Origin: an uncultured delta proteobacterium
GTDB taxonomy: Bacteria; Desulfobacterota; RBG-13-43-22
DNA length: 64,000 bases
Direction of reading: 5' to 3'
Assembly (NCBI GenBank): GCA_963843145.1
Contig: CAWJJC010000027.1
Coordinates: 352,001-416,000 of the forward strand
How positions within the stretch are numbered: position 1 is the stretch's first letter; each line of letters begins with the position of its first letter. This document shows positions 21,872 through 32,099 of this stretch, one piece after another. The notes below the pieces were generated by a model that did no database searches, was not told the DNA's origin, and was given only the letters and a program-made list of their open reading frames with translations. The translations under genes and the position numbers were made by a program.

Positions 21872-22624
21872 ATGTCTCTTTTAGAAATTAACGATCTATC
21901 GATCAGTTTCGGAGGAATCATGGCCCTGAGCGGGGTGAATCTCTCCGTCAAGGAAAATTCCATCCTGGGGATCATCGGCCCTAACGGTTCGGGTAAAACC
22001 ACTCTCTTTAATTGTTTGACCGGCATCTACCATCCCAACCGGGGAGACATCCTCTTCCAGGGAAAAAGCGTTCGCCGGCTTTCTCCGGACCGTATCGCCG
22101 CCCGGGGGATGGCCCGCACCTTTCAGAACTTACGGTTGTTCATGAACATGAGCGTCCTGGATAATCTTTTGGTGGGACGGCATCTTCGCTTTAAGAAAAA
22201 CCCGCTCTATCCCCTGTTCCGGATCCGTAAGGAGGAAATCCGCCACCGGGAGTGGGTGGAGGAGATTATCGACTTCCTGGATCTCCAGGCCTATCGCAGC
22301 GCCCGGGTGTCCGACTGCCCTTACGGCGTGCAGAAGCGGGTGGAGTTGGGGCGGGCCCTGGCCCTGGAGCCCAAGGTGCTCCTGCTCGATGAGCCCATCT
22401 CCGGGTTGACCTCTGAGGAAAAGGAGGAATCGGCCTACCGGATCAATGAAATCCGGGGGCGGTATCAGATGACCATCCTGCTGGTGGAACATGATCTGCG
22501 GATTGCATCCCGTTTGTCCGATTCCATGGTCGCCCTCTACTATGGACAAAAAATGGCCGAGGGAACTCCCGCGGAGGTCCAGCGCAATCCCGAAGTGATC
22601 CGGGCCTACCTGGGGGATGACTGA
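21872..22624 (+). CDS. Liv-type ABC ATPase (LivG-like)
   Basis: GPNGSGKTT, RTFQN, LLDEP, VEHD, AYLG. Confidence 0.92.
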   Translation: MSLLEINDLSISFGGIMALSGVNLSVKENSILGIIGPNGSGKTTLFNCLTGIYHPNRGDILFQGKSVRRLSPDRIAARGMARTFQNLRLFMNMSVLDNLLVGRHLRFKKNPLYPLFRIRKEEIRHREWVEEIIDFLDLQAYRSARVSDCPYGVQKRVELGRALALEPKVLLLDEPISGLTSEEKEESAYRINEIRGRYQMTILLVEHDLRIASRLSDSMVALYYGQKMAEGTPAEVQRNPEVIRAYLGDD

Positions 22625-23397
22625 TGGGCTTCCTGCAGATCGCCAATATCGAAACCCTTTATTTCGACCGGATTTACGCCCTGCACGGCCTGACCCTGGA
22701 AATCAAGGAAAAAGAAATCTTCGCCGTCCTCGGGCCGAACGGCGCCGGAAAGACCACCCTGCTCAAGACGGTAGCCGGACTGCTTAAAGACCAGCCCAAG
22801 AAAGGGAGCATTGAATTCGACGGGCATCGTATTCACCGGCTTCCGCCGGAAAAAGTCTCCTCCCTGGGAATCGTTTACGTGCCGGAAGACCGGGGCCTTT
22901 TCCGGGAATTGACCGTTCGGGAAAACCTGGAACTTGGCTGCTGGGGCCGACACGACAAGGGGATCAAGGACGATCTGGATTTTATTTACACCCTTTTCCC
23001 TATCTTAAAGGAACGGACCCACCAGCAATCGGAAACGCTGTCCGGCGGGGAACAACAGATGCTGGCCATCGCCCGGGCCATCCTGCGCAGACCGCGGCTG
23101 CTGATGTTGGATGAACCCTCCCTGGGCCTGGCCCCTTTAGTGGCCCGCACGGTCTACGACGCCCTGGTTAAAATCAGCGAGTTGGGGACCACCATTCTGC
23201 TGGTCGAACAGAACGCCAAGCTGGCCCTGAAGATCGCCCATTACGGCTACATCCTCGAGGCCGGCCGAATCGTGCTTAAAGGGACCGCGGAAGAACTCAA
23301 GAGCAACGAAGACGTGCAGGAATTGTATCTGGGCCTGGGCGGTCAAACGGATTCTTCCAAAGGCTGGCGCCTGTACAAAAAAAGGAGGCGCTGGTAA
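22624..23397 (+). CDS. Liv-type ABC ATPase (LivF-like)
   Basis: GPNGAGKTT, LSGGEQQM, DEPSLGLAP, VEQN. Confidence 0.92.
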   Translation: MGFLQIANIETLYFDRIYALHGLTLEIKEKEIFAVLGPNGAGKTTLLKTVAGLLKDQPKKGSIEFDGHRIHRLPPEKVSSLGIVYVPEDRGLFRELTVRENLELGCWGRHDKGIKDDLDFIYTLFPILKERTHQQSETLSGGEQQMLAIARAILRRPRLLMLDEPSLGLAPLVARTVYDALVKISELGTTILLVEQNAKLALKIAHYGYILEAGRIVLKGTAEELKSNEDVQELYLGLGGQTDSSKGWRLYKKRRRW

Positions 23398-25205
23398 TGG
23401 CCGCAGGGAACGGCAATTTTCCGGACCTTTTTTTCAGCCAGGTGGCCCGTTATCAGGACCGGGTGGCCCTGCGCCACAAAGATTACGGCATCTGGAAACG
23501 GATCTCCTGGAAAGAGTACGGGGCCATGGTCCGCACCGTAGCCGCCGGGCTGATTTCCCTGGGGGTGCAGCGGGGTGATAAAGTTTCCATCTTAGGGGAG
23601 AACCGCCCCGAATGGCTCTTCTGCGATCTGGGGAATATGAGTATCGGGGGGGTCTCGGTCGGGGTCTATCCGACTTCCGCCCCCGACCAGGTGGCCTATG
23701 TGGTGGGCCACTCGGAGTCCCAGGTCCTCTTTATCGAAAACGAGGAGCAGGTCGACAAAGTCCTGCAAATCCTTCCCGAACTGCAGGTGAAGCAAGTCAT
23801 TATCTGGGACCCTAAAGGCCTCTGGGGGTTTTCCCAGGAACGGATTATCTTCTTCGACGAATTCCTTAAAAGGTCCCAAGCCTACCTGGAAGAAAACCCC
23901 GACTGTGTGGACCGGCGTTTGGCGGAAATCCAGCCGGAGGACACGGCGATGATCATTTACACCTCGGGCACCACCGGAAGGCCCAAGGGCGCCATGATCA
24001 GCCATCACAACATCCTGAGCATGACCGAATCGTATCTCCAGGCCAACCCCGGGTATGACACCGATGAAGCCTTGTCCTATCTGCCCCTGGCCCATATTTA
24101 CGAAAACCTGATCTCCCTTTTCCAGGCCATCAAGGCCGGCGGCACGGTCAACTTTGTGGAAAGCATGGATACCCTGCCCCACAATCTGAAAGAAGTCTCC
24201 CCCACCATCTTTGCCAGCGTACCCCGGATCTGGGAAAAATTTGCTTCCCTGATCGCCATCCGCATGGCCGATTCCACCCCTACCAAAAAATTGCTTTACC
24301 AATTAAGCATCGGGGTGGGCCTGAAGTACGTCCAGACCCCCGAGGGCTCCAGCCGGCGATTCTGGTGGAGCCTGCTTTACTGGCCCTTTTATGGGCTGGT
24401 CCTTTACCATTTAAAAAAACAACTGGGATTGGAGCGGGTCCGGGTGGCCATCTGCGGGGCTGCACCGGCATCCCCGGAACTCTTTCAATACTACAATGCC
24501 ATCGGGGTCCCTCTCCGGGAAGGGTACGGTCAGACCGAATCCACCGGGGTTATCGCTCTCCAGCGTCTGGCTCGCCCTCGGTGGGGTTATGTGGGTGAGG
24601 TAGTGCCCGGCGTGGAAGTCAAAATTGCCGAGGACGGGGAGATCCTGGCCAAGGGGGCCAACGTTTTCAAAGGATATTTCAAAAACCCGGAACTCACGGC
24701 CGAAACCGTGAAAGATGGCTGGCTCTATACCGGTGATGTGGGGACCCTGGAGGACGGCTTCCTCAAAATCATGGATCGTAAAAAAGATATTCTCATCACA
24801 GCCGGGGGCAAAAATATCACCCCGGCCTTTATTGAAAACAAGCTCAAGTTCAGTTCCTATATCCAGGACGCCGTAGTCATCGGGGACGGGAGAAAATTTC
24901 TGTCGGCCCTGGTCCTGATCGACGAGGACAACGTCACCAAATATGCCCAGGACAACCGCATCCCCTATACCACCTTTGAAGATCTGACCCAGAATCCGGA
25001 TATCCTGAAATTGATCGATCAGGAGGTGGTCAAGGTCAACAAAACCCTTTCCCAGGTAGAGTCGATTAAAAAGTTTGCCCTCCTCCCGCGGAGGTTTTAC
25101 GAGGAAGACGGAGATGTCACCCCCACCAAGAAAGTAAAAAGGCGATTCCTGGAAAAGCGCTATGCGGAGTTAATCGAATCGTTGTATAAAGGGGGAAGAG
25201 GATAG
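23397..25205 (+). CDS. AMP-forming long-chain acyl-CoA synthetase
   Basis: YTSGTTGRPKG, LPLAH, EGYGQTE, TGD, DRKKD. Confidence 0.9.
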   Translation: MAAGNGNFPDLFFSQVARYQDRVALRHKDYGIWKRISWKEYGAMVRTVAAGLISLGVQRGDKVSILGENRPEWLFCDLGNMSIGGVSVGVYPTSAPDQVAYVVGHSESQVLFIENEEQVDKVLQILPELQVKQVIIWDPKGLWGFSQERIIFFDEFLKRSQAYLEENPDCVDRRLAEIQPEDTAMIIYTSGTTGRPKGAMISHHNILSMTESYLQANPGYDTDEALSYLPLAHIYENLISLFQAIKAGGTVNFVESMDTLPHNLKEVSPTIFASVPRIWEKFASLIAIRMADSTPTKKLLYQLSIGVGLKYVQTPEGSSRRFWWSLLYWPFYGLVLYHLKKQLGLERVRVAICGAAPASPELFQYYNAIGVPLREGYGQTESTGVIALQRLARPRWGYVGEVVPGVEVKIAEDGEILAKGANVFKGYFKNPELTAETVKDGWLYTGDVGTLEDGFLKIMDRKKDILITAGGKNITPAFIENKLKFSSYIQDAVVIGDGRKFLSALVLIDEDNVTKYAQDNRIPYTTFEDLTQNPDILKLIDQEVVKVNKTLSQVESIKKFALLPRRFYEEDGDVTPTKKVKRRFLEKRYAELIESLYKGGRG

Positions 25206-25217
25206 ACTAAGAACAGC

Positions 25218-25382
25218 TAAATTCGAAATTCGAAGCACGAAATTCGAAACAAACAGCAATGTCCAAAATTCAAATGACCAAAACAACGTACCTTACCGGA
25301 TCGGCAGGATTCTGAGTTCTGGCATGGGGGTGTTTTGAATTTTGGATTTCGGTCATTTGGATTTGTTTCGGATTTCGGATTT
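25218..25382. repeat. Palindromic repeat family A, copy 3
   Basis: AAATTCGAAATTCGAAGCACGAAATTCGAAAC...TTTGTTTCGGATTTCGGATTT. Confidence 0.75.
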
Positions 25383-25421
25383 TAAAGAAAGTATCCAACA
25401 TTTGGGATAGATTTAATAGAT

Positions 25422-26402
25422 ATGGATTTAATCGAAAGCTACAAACAAGAATTGCGGCTGATCCGCAAACCCTGGACGGGGTTTTGGATAGGCCTGCTGG
25501 GGGTTGCCCTGATCCTCCTGCCCTGGTACGGCAAAGAGCACTGGGTCTACATCCTGACCCTGATCTTTATCTTTTCCATCGGTGTCCAGGGGCAGAATCT
25601 GCTCATCGGCTATACCGGCCAGATCTCCTTCGGCCAGGCCGGGTTCCTGGCTCTGGGGGCCTTTACTTTCGGGCATTTGGTGCGCCTGGGGGTGCCGGTA
25701 CTCATTTCCCTGCTCGGTGCCGGTCTGTTGGCCGGCCTTTTCGGCCTCTTGGTGGGGTTTCCCTCGCTTCGCCTGAAAGGACCTTACCTGGCTATCGCCA
25801 CCTTGGGTTTCGGTATCGCGGTCTATCAGGTCTTTGTCAACTCGGAAGTACTTTCCGGGGGGCGCATGGGCCTGACGGTTCAAAAACTTCCCGCCCTTTT
25901 CGGGTTGAGCCAGGGGAACACCTATTATTATTTCAATCTGCTGCTGGCCACCCTTTTTACCCTGGCCTCCTACAACCTGGTTTCTTCTTTTCTAGGCCGG
26001 GCCTTCATTGCCATCCGCGACAACGACATCTCGGCGCAGGCCATGGGGATCAATCTTACCATTTACAAACTGCTGGCTTTCGCCATCAGCTCCTTCTATA
26101 CCGGAATTCAGGGAGGGCTCTATGCCCTGCTCCTGGGCTACCTGGAACCCAACATGTTCACCTTTCTGGAAACGATCGGCCTTTTTGTAGCGGTCATCGT
26201 CGGCGGGCTGGCCTCAATAGAGGGATCCATCCTGGGCGCCGCCTTTGTGATCCTGATTCCTCAAGTTTTCAGCAACGCCAAAAATCTGGTCCCGGTGGTT
26301 TATGGGGTGGCCATCCTGATCATCCTCATCTTTGAACCCTTAGGGCTGGCGGGCCGCTGGTTGAAATTCCGATTGTATTTGAGAATGTGGCCCTTTCGGT
26401 AA
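25422..26402 (+). CDS. Liv-type ABC permease (LivM-like)
   Basis: GYTGQISFGQAGF, LRLKGPYLAIATL, GRAFIAIRDN. Confidence 0.92.
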   Translation: MDLIESYKQELRLIRKPWTGFWIGLLGVALILLPWYGKEHWVYILTLIFIFSIGVQGQNLLIGYTGQISFGQAGFLALGAFTFGHLVRLGVPVLISLLGAGLLAGLFGLLVGFPSLRLKGPYLAIATLGFGIAVYQVFVNSEVLSGGRMGLTVQKLPALFGLSQGNTYYYFNLLLATLFTLASYNLVSSFLGRAFIAIRDNDISAQAMGINLTIYKLLAFAISSFYTGIQGGLYALLLGYLEPNMFTFLETIGLFVAVIVGGLASIEGSILGAAFVILIPQVFSNAKNLVPVVYGVAILIILIFEPLGLAGRWLKFRLYLRMWPFR

Positions 26403-26411
26403 GGAACTAAA

Positions 26412-27296
26412 ATGAGCCAATTTCTGCAATACGCCGTATCCGGTTTGTCCATTGGGGCCTTGTACGCCCTGGTGGCCCTGGGGCTGGTCCTCATCTATCG
26501 CTCCACCCGCATCTTGAATTTCGCGCATGGGGACCTGGCCACGATCGGAACCTTTTTCGCTTTTACCCTTTTAACTCATAATGTTTCCGGGATCGTCGCC
26601 TTTCCCCTGGCCCTGGTCATCGGCGCGGTCCTGGCCATGGTCTTTTATTTTGTCATTCTGATCCCGGCCCAGCGGCGCAATGCCACCCTGCTCGGCCAGA
26701 TCATCCTTACCGTGGGCTTGAGCCTGATCATCCAGGGATCGGTATCCCATTTTTGGGGCACTGAACCGCAGTCCTTTCCCTTTCCCCTTTCCGATACCAA
26801 GACCTGGAAGGTTTACCGGGACGTGGTCATCAGCGAACTCAGCTTGGGGGCCTTGGGCATAGGCCTTTTGGGCAGCCTGGCTCTCTTCCTCTTGGTTCAG
26901 AAAACCCGACTGGGCCTGGCCATGCGGGCTACTTCGGAAAACCTTACGGCGGCCCAGACCCTGGGTATTCCCACCCGCCGGGTTCTTTCCCTCTCCTGGG
27001 GCTTGGCCGCGCTCTTAGGCGTGCTGGCCGGGCTCTTCCTGGCCCCGGCCCTGCTGCTTGATCCTTTCTTTATGATGGAACCCTTCCTGAAAGGGTTTGC
27101 CGCCGCCATCTTGGGAGGCTTGAACAGCCTTCCCGGAGCTATTGTGGGGGGTCTCATTTTAGGGGTAGCGGAGAGTTTAGCCGGAGGGTACATTACCGTG
27201 GCCTTTAAGAATACCCTGGCCTTTGTGGTGATCATTGTGGTTCTGCTCATCCGCCCGGAGGGCCTCCTGGGCAAAGAATTTGTCGAACGGGTTTAA
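26412..27296 (+). CDS. Liv-type ABC permease (LivH-like)
   Basis: NFAHG, GLAMRA, RPEGLLG. Confidence 0.92.
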   Translation: MSQFLQYAVSGLSIGALYALVALGLVLIYRSTRILNFAHGDLATIGTFFAFTLLTHNVSGIVAFPLALVIGAVLAMVFYFVILIPAQRRNATLLGQIILTVGLSLIIQGSVSHFWGTEPQSFPFPLSDTKTWKVYRDVVISELSLGALGIGLLGSLALFLLVQKTRLGLAMRATSENLTAAQTLGIPTRRVLSLSWGLAALLGVLAGLFLAPALLLDPFFMMEPFLKGFAAAILGGLNSLPGAIVGGLILGVAESLAGGYITVAFKNTLAFVVIIVVLLIRPEGLLGKEFVERV

Positions 27297-27342
27297 CTTT
27301 TCTTAACTTTTCCGGAAAAAATTCGATATACTGACAAGGACT

Positions 27343-28176
27343 ATGAGAAAACCCGTTCCCATTAAGAATTTTTTAATTTCGAGACCTATGTTGCCCGGAA
27401 AACTTCGTCCTCTCATCTGGCTTCTTTTTTGGGTTTTGGCCTTTGGGGGCCTCTTTCCATCGGCCGTCGCCCAGGCAGCCATCGGCAAAAATAAATTGAC
27501 CATCGTCAACCAGTCCGGGGAAGATACCGCCATTAAGCTAATCGGTCCACGGGAATGGCTTATCGAAATCCCGGCCGGCCAGGAACGGACCGTCCTTTTG
27601 CCCAGCGGAGATTATAGCTATGTGACCCGCTACGGCCAGGACTCGAATTTCCGGTATTCCCGCGGCACCCCCTTTCAGATTGAACAATCACGGATCGGCT
27701 TCACCGAAGCCACCTTAACCCTCATTTCCGCACCCGGCTCCACCTATATAGACCCGGCCCTGGTGGAACAATTCAACCGGCCGGTGACACCCCCTCTCGA
27801 GTCCCCGGACGATAAACCACCCCAGGCAGAGAAGGCGCCGCCTGTACCGGCCTCTCCCAAAGACAAGCCCAAAGAAGATTTTATCCTTCACCGGGTGTCC
27901 GGAGGGGAAACCCTGCCTGACATTTCCGAGTATTACTCGGGAGAAGCCGACTACTGGCCCGAAATAGCCAAGTATAATTCCAACCTGGACCCCTTCCGCT
28001 TGAAGCCCGGCACGACGGTTAAGGTCCCTATTTACCTGGCCATAATCCACAAAACCCCACCCGAGGCCAAACCTTCGCCCCCCTCGCCAAAGGCTCCCAA
28101 GAAAAAAACCGCTAAGCCAATGTCCCCTCCCCCTGCTTTACCTAAGGCCCCAGAGGGCGGGTTTGGGCCGAAATAA
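27343..28176 (+). CDS. Secreted LysM-domain protein with Pro-rich linkers
   Basis: Signal-like segment; HRVSGGETLPDISEYYSG...WPEIAKYN...LKPGTTVKVP. Confidence 0.75.
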   Translation: MRKPVPIKNFLISRPMLPGKLRPLIWLLFWVLAFGGLFPSAVAQAAIGKNKLTIVNQSGEDTAIKLIGPREWLIEIPAGQERTVLLPSGDYSYVTRYGQDSNFRYSRGTPFQIEQSRIGFTEATLTLISAPGSTYIDPALVEQFNRPVTPPLESPDDKPPQAEKAPPVPASPKDKPKEDFILHRVSGGETLPDISEYYSGEADYWPEIAKYNSNLDPFRLKPGTTVKVPIYLAIIHKTPPEAKPSPPSPKAPKKKTAKPMSPPPALPKAPEGGFGPK

Positions 28177-28181
28177 ACGGA

Positions 28182-29669
28182 TTATCCGCGAAAGGAGGGC
28201 CCCGGCCGGAAGCCCGGGACTTTTTTACTTTCAGGAGTGGGTTTAGGCTTTTCTTCTTTGGAGGGGACCAGTTTTTTGACTTCTTTTTCCACCGTGTCTT
28301 TTAGGTCCGGATTCTTATCTAAATATTTCAAGGCGGTCTTAAAATGGAAAAGCGCTTTATCGGTTTGACCCCGTCTTTGAAAAAAGCGTCCTAAATTGTA
28401 ATGGGCCGGTCCCAGCTCACCCAGGTTTCCGTAGACCATCCCTAAATATTGGTAGACCTCATCGTTTTCGGCACCCATATTCAAGGCTCGCTGAAAATTC
28501 TCTAAGGCCAAGGGGTTATCGCCCTTTTCCAGGTAGGACCGCCCCAAATAAAAGGCGGCATTGGAATCCCGGGGATTCATCAGGGAGGCCTGACTCAAAT
28601 ATTGGATGGCTGAATTCAGGTCGTTTTTTAGCAGGTAGGTCTGCCCAAGATCCCTCAAGACATAGGGGTCGTGTGGTTTCAGGCTCAGCGCCTTTTGAAA
28701 TTCGTTGACGGCTCCCTCCAGGTTTTTTTCCCGGAGGTCCACCCATCCCCAGGCATAGTGGATCAAGAAGGGCGGGGCGTTCTCCTGCTCCATTTGTCGA
28801 AAACGATTCCGGGCCCTCTGAAGATCCCCGTATTGGGCCAAAATGAGAATCTGGAAGCGCCGAAAATCTTCGGAGCTGCCCCGGGTCCAGGGTCCCTGAT
28901 CTTTATACCGTTTCTCCAGTGACTCGATTTGGGCAATCCGGTCGCCGGTGCCGGGATGGGTCAACATATAGGCCGGGATTAGATCGGAACCGAAAGACCC
29001 CCATTTTCGCAGCTTGTTCAGTAATTCTATCATTCCCTCCGGATTAAAATCGGCTCGAGTCATGGTTTTGAACCCGTAGTTATCCGCCTCCGTTTCATCT
29101 TCCCGGCTATATTTCAAGCCAAGCGATATCCCCGTGGCCAGGGAACCGGTAATCACCGCGCTGGCAATCCGGGGGTCCCCGGCAAAGATACTGGCCAGAA
29201 CAGCCGCAACGGTTGCCAGGCTGATCTTCTTCTGTTGCTCCATCCGCTTGGCAATATGGTGGGAGGTCACGTGCGCGATTTCATGCCCCAGCAACCCGGC
29301 CAGTTCCGCTTCCGAATCCATAATCTCCAGAATACCCGTGGTAACGAAAACATGGCCCCCCGGTACCGAAAAGGCATTTAATTGGGGGTCCTTGATCAGG
29401 TAGAAGTGGAAGGGGTAAGCTATGGGGTGGGCGTCGCGCACCATTTCCTGGCCGATCCGATTCAAATAGTCCAGGAGCAACGGATCGTGGATTAGGGTAA
29501 AATGAGCCTCTACTTCCCGGAGCACCTGGTCCCCGAGCTTCTGTTCATCCTCCAGGGTGAGGGCGTAAACCGGATCGGCGCCGTTAAAGACCGGCACCCA
29601 AGAGGACACCCCGAAGAGGATCAGGAATAGAATCCCCAGTCGTAAACAGAAAAAAAACTTGGAGAACAT
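28182..29669 (-). CDS. M48 zinc metalloprotease with TPR repeats (BepA-like)
   Basis: NAFSVPGG, HEIAH, YSREDETEAD, LTHP; TPR C-terminus. Confidence 0.9.
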   Translation of the reverse strand: MFSKFFFCLRLGILFLILFGVSSWVPVFNGADPVYALTLEDEQKLGDQVLREVEAHFTLIHDPLLLDYLNRIGQEMVRDAHPIAYPFHFYLIKDPQLNAFSVPGGHVFVTTGILEIMDSEAELAGLLGHEIAHVTSHHIAKRMEQQKKISLATVAAVLASIFAGDPRIASAVITGSLATGISLGLKYSREDETEADNYGFKTMTRADFNPEGMIELLNKLRKWGSFGSDLIPAYMLTHPGTGDRIAQIESLEKRYKDQGPWTRGSSEDFRRFQILILAQYGDLQRARNRFRQMEQENAPPFLIHYAWGWVDLREKNLEGAVNEFQKALSLKPHDPYVLRDLGQTYLLKNDLNSAIQYLSQASLMNPRDSNAAFYLGRSYLEKGDNPLALENFQRALNMGAENDEVYQYLGMVYGNLGELGPAHYNLGRFFQRRGQTDKALFHFKTALKYLDKNPDLKDTVEKEVKKLVPSKEEKPKPTPESKKVPGFRPGPSFRG

Positions 29670-29673
29670 TATT

Positions 29674-29704
29674 ACCTCGCAAAAAGTCCAAAAACGACTT
29701 TCTG
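29674..29704. repeat. Repeat family C, truncated end
   Basis: ACCTCGCAAAAAGTCCAAAAACGACTTTCTG, 4 bp upstream of the M48 start codon. Confidence 0.75.
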
Positions 29705-29742
29705 CACGGACTTAAGACGCGCCCGTCAATTATTACCTCGCC

Positions 29743-30144
29743 TTAAAGCTCGCCTTCGCCGGGAAAGGATCCGGCCGGCAGGTCCAGCCGCGGGGCATCG
29801 ATCCAGAGACCCTCGACATCGTAAAATTCCCGGACGGTCTCCAGAAAAATATGGACGATCACTTCGTCGTAGTCCATAAGAATCCATTGCCCGGGTTCCT
29901 CTCCCTCCACCCCCAGGGGACGAATACCCGTTTTCCCCAAGGCCGTTCGCAGGTGCTCGGCTAAGGCCTGGGTCTGCCGGGTAGAATTCCCGCTTAAAAT
30001 CAGAAAGTATTCGGAAAAGGAGCAAAAGCCCTCCACCTGCAGCGCAATCGGGTTAACCGGTTTCTTTTGCAGAGCGGTTTGGATAATTATCTGGGCCTTT
30101 TCACGGGCCGAGAGATTACTTCGCGGTTTTTTCTTGGGTTCCAT
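29743..30144 (-). CDS. rsfS: Ribosome silencing factor
   Basis: SGNSTRQTQAL, WILMDYDEVIVHIF, REFYDVEGLW; real start 30144. Confidence 0.92.
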   Translation of the reverse strand: MEPKKKPRSNLSAREKAQIIIQTALQKKPVNPIALQVEGFCSFSEYFLILSGNSTRQTQALAEHLRTALGKTGIRPLGVEGEEPGQWILMDYDEVIVHIFLETVREFYDVEGLWIDAPRLDLPAGSFPGEGEL

Positions 30145-30781
30145 AGAGCCTTTTCTGGAGGATATATTCCTCCACGGCCTCCGGGAGGAGGTAGGTGATG
30201 CTTTTCCCTTGCCGGCACAGTCCGCGGATGAAGGTGGATGAAATGTCCAGCCGGGTAATCGGTGCCCAGTGGACCGAAAATCCAGCGGGGTGGAGGAAAC
30301 GATGTTCCCGAGGATAGGGAACGAAACCCGGGAATATTTCCCGATTGAGAAATTCCGGTAAGCGCCGTCGCGAAACTCCCTGTCGGTCCAGGATGATGAA
30401 ATGACAAAGTTCGAAAAGTTGGAGATAATCCTTCCAGGAGGAAATTTCCAGGAAGGCATCCAAGCCGAGGATAAAAAAGAGCTCCACTCCTTGGGGGAAG
30501 GTCCGGTGAAAATGGCGCACGGTTTGGATGGAATAGGATTTTCCGCGACGCTTAATTTCCGCATCCGAGGCCTTTAAACGGGGTTGGCCCGCCACGGCCA
30601 ACCGGACCATCTTCAGACGGTGGGCGAACGAGAGGATCTCCCGGCTCGTCTTATGCGGCGGGATGGCGGCCGGAAGGTAGAGGACCCGGTCCAAGTTAAA
30701 ATGTTCCTGGATCTCCAACCCGGCCCGGAGATGTCCGTGATGAATCGGATTAAAGGTCCCGCCGAAAAGTCCCAGTCGCAT
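30116..30781 (-). CDS. nadD: Nicotinate-nucleotide adenylyltransferase
   Basis: GLFGGTFNPIHHGH, PPHK, ISSTFIR. Confidence 0.95.
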   Translation of the reverse strand: MRLGLFGGTFNPIHHGHLRAGLEIQEHFNLDRVLYLPAAIPPHKTSREILSFAHRLKMVRLAVAGQPRLKASDAEIKRRGKSYSIQTVRHFHRTFPQGVELFFILGLDAFLEISSWKDYLQLFELCHFIILDRQGVSRRRLPEFLNREIFPGFVPYPREHRFLHPAGFSVHWAPITRLDISSTFIRGLCRQGKSITYLLPEAVEEYILQKRLYGTQEKTAK

Positions 30782-30785
30782 CCAA

Positions 30786-32051
30786 CTAACTCCGGATTTG
30801 TCCCTGACCGAAGACAATGAACTTGGTGGTGGTTAATTCATTCAGTCCCATGGGGCCGAAGGCGTGCAGCTTGGACGTGCTGATGCCGATCTCGGCCCCT
30901 AAGCCTAATTGATTCCCGTCATTAAAACGGGTGGAGGCGTTCACCAGGACCACCGAGGAATTAACCGCCTGGAGAAACTGCCGCGCCCGGGTATAATCCT
31001 GGGTGATGATGGCCTCCGTGTGTTGTGAACCGTAGCGCTGGATATGCCGGACGGCCTCGTCCAGATCCTTAACCACTCGAACGGCTAAAATCAAATCCAG
31101 GTACTCCGCGGACCAGTCCGCTTCCCGGGCCGGGATGATCCCCTTCCCCCCGCCCACTATCTTCAGAGTGGCCGGGCAGCCCCGGATCTCCACGCCCGCT
31201 TCCCGAAAGCGTTTGATCATCTGCGGTAGAAACTTCGGAGCCGCTTGTCGATGAACCAGCAGGGTTTCCATGGCGTTGCAGACGCCCGGCCGCTGCACCT
31301 TGGCATTGAGGCTGACGTTTTCCGCCAAAGCCAGGTCGGCGCCCTGGTCCACGAAAATATGACAAACCCCCTTGTAGTGTTTTAATACCGGGATCCGGGA
31401 TTGGGCGGTCACCGTCCGGATCAGTCCCTCTCCGCCCCGGGGAATGATCAGGTCGATATACTCCTCCAGTTTGAGCAGCTCCGTGGTGGCCTCCCGGTCG
31501 GTGATCGGGACGAGCTGAATGGCGCCCGGATGGACCTCCTCCCGGATCAGCACTTCCTGGAGAATTTGAGCCAATATCCGATTGGATCGCAGGGCTTCGC
31601 TGCCCCCCTTGAGGATCACGGCGTTGCCCGATTTTAAACAGAGTCCGGCGGCATCCACCGTCACATTGGGCCGAGCTTCATAAATAAAGCCGATGACCCC
31701 TAAAGGGATGCGCATCCGCCCCACCTGCAATCCGTTGGGCCGAAGCCGCAAGCCGGTAACTTCTCCGACCGGATCGGGCAGTCGAACCACTTCCCGCAGC
31801 CCCTGAGCCATTTCAGCCAAGGTTTTTTCGGTAAGCTGCAGTCGATCTAAAAAAGCCCGGGGCCGGCCGGCCCGGTGCGCCAGGGTGAGGTCTTCTTTGT
31901 TCTCCTTGAGGATGCTCTTGGTTTTTTTCTCCAAGGCCTCGGCCATGGCCGAAAGGCAACGATTCTTTTGGCTGGTGTTCAGGAGAGGCAGGGTATGCGC
32001 GGCCGCCTTGGCTTTTTCAGCCAGTTCCAGGACCATTTTTTGAATATCCAT
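30786..32051 (-). CDS. proA: Gamma-glutamyl phosphate reductase
   Basis: [43 protein letters not shown]. Confidence 0.97.
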   Translation of the reverse strand: MDIQKMVLELAEKAKAAAHTLPLLNTSQKNRCLSAMAEALEKKTKSILKENKEDLTLAHRAGRPRAFLDRLQLTEKTLAEMAQGLREVVRLPDPVGEVTGLRLRPNGLQVGRMRIPLGVIGFIYEARPNVTVDAAGLCLKSGNAVILKGGSEALRSNRILAQILQEVLIREEVHPGAIQLVPITDREATTELLKLEEYIDLIIPRGGEGLIRTVTAQSRIPVLKHYKGVCHIFVDQGADLALAENVSLNAKVQRPGVCNAMETLLVHRQAAPKFLPQMIKRFREAGVEIRGCPATLKIVGGGKGIIPAREADWSAEYLDLILAVRVVKDLDEAVRHIQRYGSQHTEAIITQDYTRARQFLQAVNSSVVLVNASTRFNDGNQLGLGAEIGISTSKLHAFGPMGLNELTTTKFIVFGQGQIRS

Positions 32052-32099
32052 ATGAAGATCCTTATCTGTTTGGAGCCGTGATTACAAAAAAAGGTTAAA

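Noticed and set aside
29743-30564. 273-aa version of rsfS and similar N-terminal extensions (surE, pgeF, pyrD, AOR)
   Set aside because: The extensions overlap neighbouring genes or lack family features; downstream starts were used.
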